Assembly (NCBI RefSeq): GCF_018350175.1
Contig: NC_058368.1
Coordinates: 98,644,001 to 98,708,000 of the forward strand
Length of the DNA stretch: 64,000 nt
Reading direction: 5' to 3'
DNA from: Felis catus
Taxonomy: Eukaryota
Shown in pieces: positions 53,667 through 64,000 of this stretch. The notes beneath the pieces were generated by a model. That model was not told the DNA's origin. It made no database searches and was given only the letters and a program-made list of their open reading frames with translations. The number at the start of each line of letters is the position of its first letter. Within the stretch, counting starts at the first letter, position 1. A program made the translations under genes and the position numbers.

Positions 53667-54709
53667 AGAAAATTCTAGAATTTAGGTATAATGGTGACAT
53701 GATATCAGAAGAAAGAATCCGAATATGACACCAATAGGGACAAAAATACCCAAAGCTTTTTGCACTAAGTCAGCACTGTGGAGAGCCACAAGGGTGATTT
53801 CAGAGAACAGTGGTTGAGGAGAGCCAGTTGGAGTACAGTAGGGTTGATGCTGCGCTGAACTGGCCCTCATTTGAGTGCAGCTGAATGGTGATTGCTGGAC
53901 ACATTGCTTTATAGGAATCAGGACATCAACCATCTGTGGCAACTTTGCCATATTCTGGGGATGGAGTAGAGTAAAGAGCCTGGAGTGTCAGAGAGCCTGT
54001 GGAAAAGCAGACAGCGGGAAAACTGTGGTACCTCAGAGGAAATACAAAGAGTCCCTCAGTCAGTTAGGGATTTGGGCTCAGTGAAGGCATCTGGGGTTAT
54101 AGCTCAGCCTTAGAGATCTAATGCAGAATGGGATCCCCTCCAATGCAGAGGTGGATGCAGACTGAGAAGGACGGAGGTACAAAGAGGATGGGGTAGAGAT
54201 GCCGGATCCAGAGGTGACTTACAAAGAATTCATTCGAGCAGGGTAGGGGACACCGTTCTTTCCTCAGAAGTTTGAGAGGGGCAGGAAAATAATGGAGGCA
54301 GGTGGAGGCTGCCGTCTGGCGAGAGTTGACAAGTCTCCCCACTGCCCGCCCACGTGCTGGATGACAATGGGAATGTCCGTGAGGAATCCAGGAAAGTGAA
54401 GAGTGGGAGTATGGGTTTCCCCAAATTCCTGAAGAGTTGTGATGTTCTTCAAAGGCTGGCAAAAACAATGAGGCCTTGTGGAAAGAGGTAGGGTTGACCC
54501 TGTGTCTCATTTACCTGGAGGATGCTGTGGCTTGAACAGAAAATCATTTTTTTACTATTTTGCTAACATATTTTTTATTATTTAAGTGTTCTCTCCTCCC
54601 TGAAATGCAATTTAATCTCAAACCAGCAGGTATTAGTTCTTAATGTGTATTAGGCCAATACACTTGATTTCTGAAAAAAAGAGTTGGTGTTTACTGTAAT
54701 AACTTTCTT

Positions 54710-54885
54710 CATATCAGCATTTATTGACAGCCTACTAAGTGTCTGGTGCTGTGCTAGTATTATAAAGATGAATTTGATATGCTTTCTGGAGAGGATAGTT
54801 TAACAATTATATTATTTCTAACATCACAGTCACTGTTAATGAAGAGAAACATAAAATGGCTGCAGAAACATGGAGGAGGTGGTAA
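54710..54885 (-). mobile_element. L2 3' fragment
   Basis: cagcatttattgacagcctactaagtgtctggtgctgtgctag. Confidence 0.65.
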
Positions 54886-55727
54886 GTTTGTAAATTGCTC
54901 ACAGTGTTTACTTTTAACAGTGGCTTATTGACCACCCAAATCATCTCTAAGGTTATATATGCACTGAAATAATGTATAGTGAGGCTGTATCATATGCTGC
55001 CTTGAATTTAAAATTATCTGTCTCTAAGACAAAAATCCAGATTTTTCTCTCTTAAATTGGCAAGCACACTAAAATAACCTCCTGGGTTATGTAACAAACT
55101 CTTGGCGATATTTATCCATTTGAATTAAGTGGAGAAATTCCTGTTGGGAGTTTACTATCACAAAGTGCCTCAGCTTTCGTGGTTTAAGAACTACTCCTGT
55201 TCACATCATTCTGATGTGAGGGGAAATAGGATGGAGAGAAATTCTTAAGCATTCTCTTGAAAATGAAAAGGGAGGAAAGGATAAATTTTAAGAGTGAATG
55301 CAAATCTCAGGATTCAAGACTGAGGTATTTTTAACCCCTTTGTATTGGTTTGCACTAAAATAGAATAATTGTCAAAGGATCTAGTTACCATGGTGATACA
55401 TCTTTTAAGAGCATGTAACTAGATAAAATCACTCAATTATAATCCCAGAAAATATTGCACATGGTATTATAGGATTTCTTTCTTTTTAATATTAACCTTT
55501 TTAACTAAATGAAACTAATACAAAATTGGGTTTGTGTGCTTGAATGAAATGAGAAGAAAAGAATACATTACGCATCATGACATATTTATTTCATTTTTTA
55601 GGAAGCTTACTTTTCTTAAAATATTTTTTTCCTGTCATATATCGAGCTAACAGGAACTGACCATCTGAAGACCAAATACAAGCAATTTTTAAGCCTTAAG
55701 CCAAAAAAAAGTTATCTCTGTGAATAT

Positions 55728-55896
55728 GCCATATATATGTATATATATCATATATATACATATATATGTCATATATATACATATATATGACATATATATA
55801 TCATCATATGGCCATCATATATGGCATATATATATATATCATGTATATGTATATATATCATATATATATGGCATAAACATTATATATATACATATA

Positions 55897-55945
<49 letters not shown>
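55728..55945. repeat. Compound (TA)n/(CATATA)-type low-complexity repeat
   Basis: Direct reading. Confidence 0.92.
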
Positions 55946-55949
<4 letters not shown>

Positions 55950-56546
55950 CTTAAATACTGCATGGAAAGCAATTAGCACAATGTCTGCTCCAGCCCTAGG
56001 TATTTTTGAACCATGGAAATTCTTTGCTGGCTGTGTTTCCTTTTTCCTCTGGTTTCTCCTGTCTGCATTTTTTCTTTCCTTTACTTTCATTGTGTCTTTG
56101 GCACTTTTTCTTTTGTAACTCCTCTCATTTTCTTAATTCCTTCTTCCTTTACATTCCTGTTTTTTTTTTTCCATTTTTTTAAACTAATAATATTTAAAAA
56201 AAAATAAGTATGTGAGAGTAGCATAAGACTAGTTCTAGGACAACCCCATAGTAGTGAAATGGTGTATTGTTGCAAGGTTGAGTAGCACTGCATTTTGGAC
56301 GCAGTAAAGTGCAGGGGGTATGGGAGAGGTGGGTTTGAGAAATGGATGGCAGGGTGGAATTTGAAGGAACGGGAAAGGAGCAACCTTAGAAGAGGGACTT
56401 GAAAAATGAGTGAGTCTCCTTGGTAGGACTCAGGGTGAAAGCTCTTGTTTTCCCATCTGTGCCAGAGAACTTCATAGAATCTATATACCAAAATTGTAGA
56501 AGATTTCAGCAAACATTCTGCACATTGAAATCCTAGTTGTGGGGGT

Positions 56547-56775
56547 GGGCACCTAGGTGTCTCAGTCACATAAGCGACCAACTCTTGGTTTTGGCTCAGG
56601 TCATGATCTCGTGGTTTTGTGAGTTCAAGCCCTGGGGTGGGCCTCAGTGCTGACAGTGCAGAGCCTGTTTGGGCTTCTCTCTCTTTCCCTCTCTCTCTGC
56701 CCCTTCCCCACTTGCACTGTCTCTGTCTCTCTCAAAATAATTACAACTAAAAAAAATAATAATAAAAAGAATAAA
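56547..56775 (+). mobile_element. Can-SINE
   Basis: TSD gaaatcc(t/c)agtt. Confidence 0.92.
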
Positions 56776-57185
56776 AAGAAATCCCAGTTAGAATTTTACC
56801 TACCTAATTCCATGCAGTGCATAGGTTAGTGCAACAGAAGATAGAAACAGAAATAGACATACATTTGGTGAAAAATAATTAAAGATGAACAGAAATGCAC
56901 AGACAGCCTCCTCCTTCTCCTCCATCAGACATTCTCAGTGCTCGGCTCCCTTTTCTCTGTATCCCCAGTATATTGGCTAGAATAACTAGGAGGTTTGAAA
57001 ACTCAGAGTCCAAGTTTTCTTTTCTCATTTAAAGGAAGGAAAACTGTCAGGTAAGAACCTTCCTTGAATATAAAGTATCTTTTCATCTTGAGCAGTGGTA
57101 GTTTGGTAGCAAATGCTAGGTTGCCATATTTGATCTCAGTTTCACTGTGGAAGCAGTTGTTCAGAGGGAGTGGTTTGGACCTTTA

Positions 57186-57396
57186 GGGTTTTTTTTTTAA
57201 TGTTTATTTTTGAGAGAGGGAGACAGAGTGTGAGCACAGGAGGGGCAGAGAGAGAGCGGGAGACACAGAATCTGAAGCAGGCTCCAGGCTCTGAGCTGTC
57301 GGCACAGAGCCCGACTCGGGGCTTGAACTCCTGAACTGAGAGATCATGACCTGAGACGAAGTAGGATGCTAACTGACTGAGCCACTCAGGAGCCCC
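57186..57396 (-). mobile_element. Can-SINE
   Basis: TSD ttggaccttta. Confidence 0.95.
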
Positions 57397-59009
57397 TTGG
57401 ACCTTTAAAAGAATACTTCTGGGAGGCTTCTTGACTTCTCCCTCCCTCTACAGTGCTCTAGGGAGCTTGTGCCATCATGACCAGAATGTAGTATGGAGAA
57501 TGGGTTGTAGTGAGTAAAGTAGACAGAGGTCTAGAATATGCCTGGTGTCCACCTTTCATCCATAATACCAGTAAGCCAATCATTGAATACATGCACTCAC
57601 TAGCAGGTCATTCCCATATAAGCTTCACTTGGAGTATTTTCCTGTGTGAAGAAGTTTGAATCTTTTGATTTCTGCCTTCTTGTTCATATCTTTATTTACT
57701 TAGGCACCTTGCTTGGTGCCACTGTCTAAATACTGCTTCAGAACTCTCTAAACTGACACTCATTTGGTAAAGAACCCAAGAGAAAACACAAAGACAGAAG
57801 TAGTATCTTCTGAGCATAGTGCTAAATTATTAATTGTTAATTTATACATACATACTAAATATGTAAATATGGTACAAAGCATAATTAATTTACTGAAATG
57901 ACTGCTGAGCTATTGTACAATAAGTTGACAAGTCAATGGTGGAAGTTGTTAACAGCATCTAATGAGTTGAAGACATCCACAGTCAACTTGTTAACGGAGC
58001 TAATTGAAGAGATAAAATAATCTATTAAAACTTTCCTTTTTGAATACCTTGTATTCTCTCATATTTTGAAAAATAAGAATGGAGTGAATTTTATATCAAC
58101 AGAGAAGATGAGAATAAAATGTATTTGATGATTGTATAATGTGGTCTCCAAATCATAAAACCCTATTGGTTGGGATCCAGAGACCCCGTCTTACCCAGTC
58201 CCCTCACTCTGGGCAAGATTACACGTAAATCTCATTATAATTATCCAGATATGTCATTTTGGACAAAGGTAATACACCATTGTTCAGAAATATTTTCTAT
58301 ATTTATTACTTATATACAAGTTCTTCAGAAAATCTATTCATAGTTCCTTTGAAGTACATTTCTGGCTTTCTTTAATAGATACAATAAAAATGGATTTGAA
58401 TATTCTTTGTTCATTCTTATACGAGATCAGATTTCAGAGGAATGGCTAATAATGCTGGTTTGCTCTGGTATTCAGAGTTTTTATACATTCATCATCCAAG
58501 TTATTGTGCCTGAAAGGTTAAAAACTTTATAATATGTAATGTTGTATTCAAGGAACTTAGAAAAAATATATGCAATTTTATATTTCAAGAATGTTGACTT
58601 ATTTTTTATAAGGAAATGTATATAGGATTTTGGAAGAACTCTTATTTTCTGTAGGAATTAACTTTTAATTTTATAAGAATTTTTAGGATGAAAATCCACA
58701 TACTAGAGAAATGACAGGCAAAAACCCATTCCAGAGCCTGTTCTCCAGGAAAAAAGTTATTGTTACATTTTGCAAAGGTCATTCCCAAAAACTTTTCTGT
58801 GTAAAAATAAAATCTGTAGAATGAGTGGGCTGGGGCAATGTCTCCCCAACATTTTTGGTGTTTCCAGGTCATTCTAACTCAATGACTCAATAACCTGAGA
58901 CATAAGGGACATTCATCCACCTGGATACAATGCCAAGGCATCAAATTCAGTAATTCCAAAAACAACCTAATCATCTATACCCCTACTAAGTTTTCTTTTC
59001 AATTTGATT

Positions 59010-60212
59010 TAATTCAACAACTATTTATCAAGCACCTATGATGTGCAGGGCATTGTTGCAGGGACTTGGTGATATATTAGTAAATGAAGCAAAGATCTTT
59101 GCTCTTTTGGAGCTCAAGTTTTAAAAAGGGAGATAGATATTAAACAATAAGATGTGATAAATTAGTAAGTTTCATAATATGTTAGAAAGTGATAAGTTCT
59201 GTGGAAAAAGAAAAGGTCAGCTGTTATAAAGGGATTCTAAAGTGTCAGGTTGGAGGTGGGGATAGGTCGCTATTCTGAATAGGATGGTTATTGTGAGAGT
59301 GGCATTTGAACCAAGACTTCTAGGGGGTGGAGGAATTGGCCATGTGAGTATATTTGTGGAAAACATTTCAGTTGGTATATACATAAGCCAGGGAAATTTC
59401 CCAGCCAGAACCATGCTTGCCTGGTACATTCAAGGAAGCATTTGTGGCTGGAACAGAGGGAGCAAAAGAAAGGGCACCAGGAAGTGAAATTGGAAAGGCG
59501 TTTAAAACCTGGTCATTGAGTGTTGTCATTCTTGTCTCTGAGTGAAATAGGAGATTAGTGTGGACTGTTGAGCAAAGAAGCACATGATCTGTGAGCTATG
59601 TTTTTTAAAGGATTGTCCTAATGTGTGTGTTGAGAATAGCCTATAGCATGGAATTGGGCAGAAAGAAAAAATCAGGCTGTCACAGCAGTGTGGGTGACAG
59701 ATGATGTGATGGCACGGACCAGAAAGGTAGCCGTAGAGATAATAGCAAGTGGATGGATGTTGGGTATGTTTTGAAAGTAAAACTAACAAGGTATTCTGGC
59801 AGATATGATGTGGGTTATCATAGCAAGAGAGTAGTCATGAATGAATTCAGGCTGTTTTTTTCTTTGTTTTGTTTTTGTTTTTGTTTCTGGTTGGGGGGCG
59901 GTGCTAATTATTTGGGGTTATCTCCACTGAGATTTGGAACGCTTTGAGAGACACAAGTGTAGGCAGATATCAGGAGTTAAGTTTTTGACAAATGGAGCTC
60001 AATGTGATTTTTAGAAATCCAGACAGATTTTTAATAAGCAATTTTGTAAATCATTTGTGAGTTTGTGCCAGGAGACCACCCTGAAGATACAAATTTGGTT
60101 GCTTTTGGGCCATAAGTGGTATTTAAAGCCATGAGACTGATTAACTCAATCAGTAAGTGATACGGAGAAGAGGTTCAAGGACTGTGTCCAGAGGCACTCA
60201 GTGTTAGAAGAA
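59010..60212 (-). mobile_element. L2 LINE, about 1.2 kb 3' portion
   Basis: attcaacaactatttatcaagcacctatgatgtgcagggcattg ... ggtatttaaagccatgagact ... gagaagaggttcaaggactg. Confidence 0.85.
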
Positions 60213-61071
60213 TGAATCCCGCACCCCACATATGTCTGCTGGCTCATGTTTCTGAATTTTTTTTTCTTGTATTTTATGCTTTTTTACATTAAACTCTAAT
60301 ATTCCTTCTTTGAGAACATATACATAGAAGGCATTTTTATGTGCTTTTCACAGCCCCTAACAGAGATGGGCAAGTACAACTTAAGCCCAGCTATCATTGA
60401 CTATTTTGCCCTTAAAATAATTTGTTGTATCTTTTTTTGGTATCTATCATTTTATTGATGAAATTATGTATCAGCCTCTTTGTACTTAAAAATATATTGT
60501 ATCTCACTTCTTTCTATGTATCATTTTTCCCCTTTCCCTAAAGACTGCATACAAAAGGGTCCATAATTCTGTTTTCAGTGTGTTTCCAAAGATTATCTTA
60601 AAATAAATCTTTTTAATCCTAGCATGTTTGTTGCTTTTATTTAATTAGATGTGAGCCCCAACTGGTCAAGTTAGAAAGGCGAGAGATATAGTTTTTTAAA
60701 CAAGCTATTATGAGCATGTGTATTATGAAAGATTCTTGCATGAACAATTTTTATTTTATTGGTAGTTGAACTCCTTTGCAGGTCTGTAATAACCTTGTAA
60801 ATGAACCAACATTTTTATCAGAACTTTGTAGTGCTAATTATTTTTAAAGGTTTCTATTGTGATGAGTAACAGACATGGATCTAGATAATGTAACGAAGCA
60901 GACTGTATTGAATTTGTGATTCAAAGTGATTGTGTCTATTTATTTTACATTGCCTGTGTTTCATTTGTGTGGCACACACATACATACACTTCATATACAC
61001 GTGTATATAATGAACATACATAAAAGCTACAATAGAGTGCCATATCTGTTAGTTTGCTTCTCTTTTCACAG

Positions 61072-61137
61072 TCGAGAGTAACATTGCAGATCTCTGCATT
61101 AAGTCCTTTGAGTATCCTCATGAAAGAAAATATGCTT
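61072..61137 (+). other. Candidate 66-nt internal exon of an unidentified gene
   Basis: tttgcttctcttttcacag|TCGA...GCTT|gtaaga; frame-preserving length; two open frames. Confidence 0.45.
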
Positions 61138-61159
61138 GTAAGATGGTTGTAAAACATTG

Positions 61160-61485
61160 TTTTGTTTTGAAAGAATTTCAGTCACAGAGAGTGTGCACAA
61201 ATGGTACTCGGAATTCTTCTGTACCCAGATTCCCCAACTCTTAACATTTTACCATGCTTGCTTTATTATTCCTTCTCTTACCTTACAATTGTTTCCTGAA
61301 ATCATTGAAAGTAATTTGCATACATGGTGCCCGCTTATTTATCAATACCTTGTGTTTATTTCCTATAAAACAGGAATGATCACTTAGGTAAACACAGTAC
61401 AGGTATCAAGACTAAGAAATTTATACTCATAAAGGGCTGTTATCTAGCCTGTAGACTTTTGTCACATTTCATCAATTGTCCCATG
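61160..61485 (-). mobile_element. Ancient L1 3' end (L1MC4/5-like)
   Basis: ttttgaaagaatttcag...acccagattcccca...taacattttacca...ttgaaagtaatttgca...atttcatcaattgtccca. Confidence 0.7.
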
Positions 61486-64000
61486 CTTAGTTGCTCATGT
61501 TAGGTCATTTACTTTCATTAAGTGATGTACCTTCATTTATAAAATATCACATCAACCGCTGCCAGTGTTTCTGCTATAAAGTTGTGACAGTTGGCAGAAA
61601 CAAATGACTTTATGTGTGTGACCTTCCTGTGATCAGAAGAGAATTCTGTTTGAATCTCCTTAGTGGCCTTTTGGTTTAATGTCAGTGATACACTCATTCC
61701 CATAATACTGCCTGTGGTCATCTCTTTTCTAGTGGCATAGTATTACACTTTGTACTTTACAAAGTAACTTTTTTTTCCAGTTAAATATGTGACTATCTTA
61801 TCCAAAGGGTTCTGCAAATGACAGGTCCCAAAATGTGTCCTTTTTGGAAAAAAATGTCGTTAAATTAGTATACGTATACACTGTTTCACTTAAGCAAAAC
61901 ACACCCGAATCAATAGAAAGAAACATGCCCATGTAAAAGGTTGCAATTTTAAAGTGTGTGCAAGGTTTTTATGTTTACATTTTAAAGGATCTACCTCAGT
62001 CTGTATTGGCCACTGATTAAATAAGTCATAATGTTCGGACTAGCTGTTGTCTGCCTCAACCAAATATCAGCCAACATACTTCCCTTATCTCTTAAGATTT
62101 ATTTAGACTATTGGTTTTTTGACTATGTTCCTAGAACCATAGTATTCTTTAAGAAGAAATAATTACTTGATTCAAATTTAATTTTATGAAATTAATCATT
62201 TAAAAGCTCTAGGATAACACGCATTGATTCATTAGCATACTTAAATGTGCTGAAGTTCACCAAGATAGTTAATTTGTTTTACCAAATTGACTCTCGAAAT
62301 AAAGATTTCCCCACCATCTCTGGACATCTCTGGCGTTTTTGGAAAATGTACTAGTGCCTAGAAGGATATAGTGCTATATGTGGTTCACTTGCAGTCCTAT
62401 CAGATTTCTCAATTCCTGCAGCATATGCGTCGCATATCAGGTGAAACTCGCGGCTGCTCTGGCAACTATTACACAAACATCACCCATCCCATCATAAATG
62501 CAATTTTATCCACAATACTAGTGGATATTGTTAAACTGGAAGGTCCCCTTGCCTCACCCCTACCGTTATAAACAACATGAGCTGAATTTGGCCAAGCAAG
62601 ATCATATTTTAGTTTCTTTACTGACTCTTTAACTGTAGTTACATGCAAGTGACTGCGCTTAAAAAAAAAAATCAGTAATGGAACTGAAATAAAATGTGGA
62701 GTCAGCCTGAAATGAATTGGTTTTGAAATTTTGTATGATTTTTTAACCATAAACAGTTGCCTCTAGATCTTGGATTTTTTTAAATGATATTTTTAACATC
62801 ATAATTTTAAAATATACTTTAAAGCATACTTTTTGCTAAACAAAGGACATTAAGATGGATTGGGTTGTCTGTTGGCACCATCCATGTTGAATATTTACTG
62901 TTTAGGAAATGCAAGAAAGCTATTAGTAATGTTCCATTTCTAATCTGAACGAAGAAATTTCTACTACCCCTCTTTCAAGCTACCGAATTGGTTTAATTGA
63001 TAAATAGTCTGAGATTTTAAGAGGCGCTCTTGAGAAAACATGGCAATTTCAGCTCTATTTCTACACGAATTAGGGTTTTTTCATTGCTTTGCAACTGAAA
63101 TGAAATCCCCAAGTAATGTGTTTACAAAAGCAGCAGTTGTATATCAACCTCACCTGCAAGATTTTGTGTTGTTAAATATACATCAGTTCGGTTTATGGGG
63201 TATACATATGACAATTTTGAACTCGTAAACATTAATATATACTATTAAAATGCCACTTTTAGTGGAGATTTAATGGATTGAATAAAGTCTTCCACTACTA
63301 AAAGTTTGATAACCCCATGGTGGTTTGAATTCTGTAGGAAAAAAAAAAAGAAAGAAAGTACAGATCCACAGGACGCTTTTGAAAGCAGAAAGGATCTTCA
63401 GCCTTGGCATTAATACAAAAGAACATTGTCCTTGCTTCTCAGACTTTACTCAAAGCTCCCAAATAAGCTGGTTCCTCTGAAACCTCCATCCTCTGAGTGA
63501 GCTCACCATTCTTTTCCAAGAGATTTTAGCCTTGCTTGGAGCCTGGTGAATTTGTACCACCTGCTTAGGACCACTGCTGGGAGAAAGCGTTGGCTGCTGA
63601 CTTAGCAATTGTAATGTGAGTTTGTTCCCTGGAGGAAGATTGAGAAAAAGTGAGGGAAGTGGAATAAAGAGAAGGAAAATTGGTATGCAGGAAAATGACT
63701 AAATCAGGAGCAGTTGACCCCAAAGGCAGGAAAGGCTCCCCCCCCCCCCCCACAATACCTGCGCTCCTGAGAAAACAGGAAAGAACAGCTCAATATGCCT
63801 TTTAGAATCTTGTGCAATTTCTGGCAGGCAGCTCCGAGGCCATTTCTACAACACGAAGAGAAGAATGGATGCAGGTTCTCATGAATATTTCCTAATGACA
63901 GAAAAAAGGATTTAAAAAATCATGATTTTGGTAAAACAAAGCAACTATATGTGTTTTTACACAGTATTTTTTTTCCTGGTAGTTTCAAAATTTCTAAGTC

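Noticed and set aside
56969..57050. Segment with a good acceptor (tccccag) and donor (CAG|gtaaga)
   Set aside because: Stops in all three frames; pseudo-exons are common, though a non-coding exon cannot be excluded

Overview
Mammalian, AT-rich, repeat-dense genomic DNA, almost certainly from a cat-family (Felidae) genome. It carries about 35 tRNA-derived carnivore SINEs (Can-SINE, including a young felid-type subfamily), carnivore/felid L1 3' ends, and older eutherian repeats (L1M, L2, MIR, MLT1/LTR16 solo LTRs, MER20, MER58, MER44 and Tigger2 MITEs). I see no intact protein-coding gene; the ORF track is almost entirely repeat-derived or chance. Two processed pseudogenes are recognisable. One is a minus-strand RPS27 retrocopy (16812-18012) cut into three pieces by two SINEs and an L1 fragment. 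The other is an old, near full-length plus-strand ARPC2 retrocopy (about 29200-30215). A near full-length ancient L1 (about 18013-25807, minus) carries nested younger insertions. A few plus-strand splice-signal-flanked segments (16788-16793, 40937-40991, 61072-61137) and the antisense bias of the L1s suggest the window lies inside long introns of a plus-strand gene that I cannot name. I found no convincing new biological system; the best leads are the candidate exon chain, a microexon/recursive-splice-like site and two putative conserved non-coding elements. Repeat family names and gene matches come from my recollection of consensus sequences, not from a database search.
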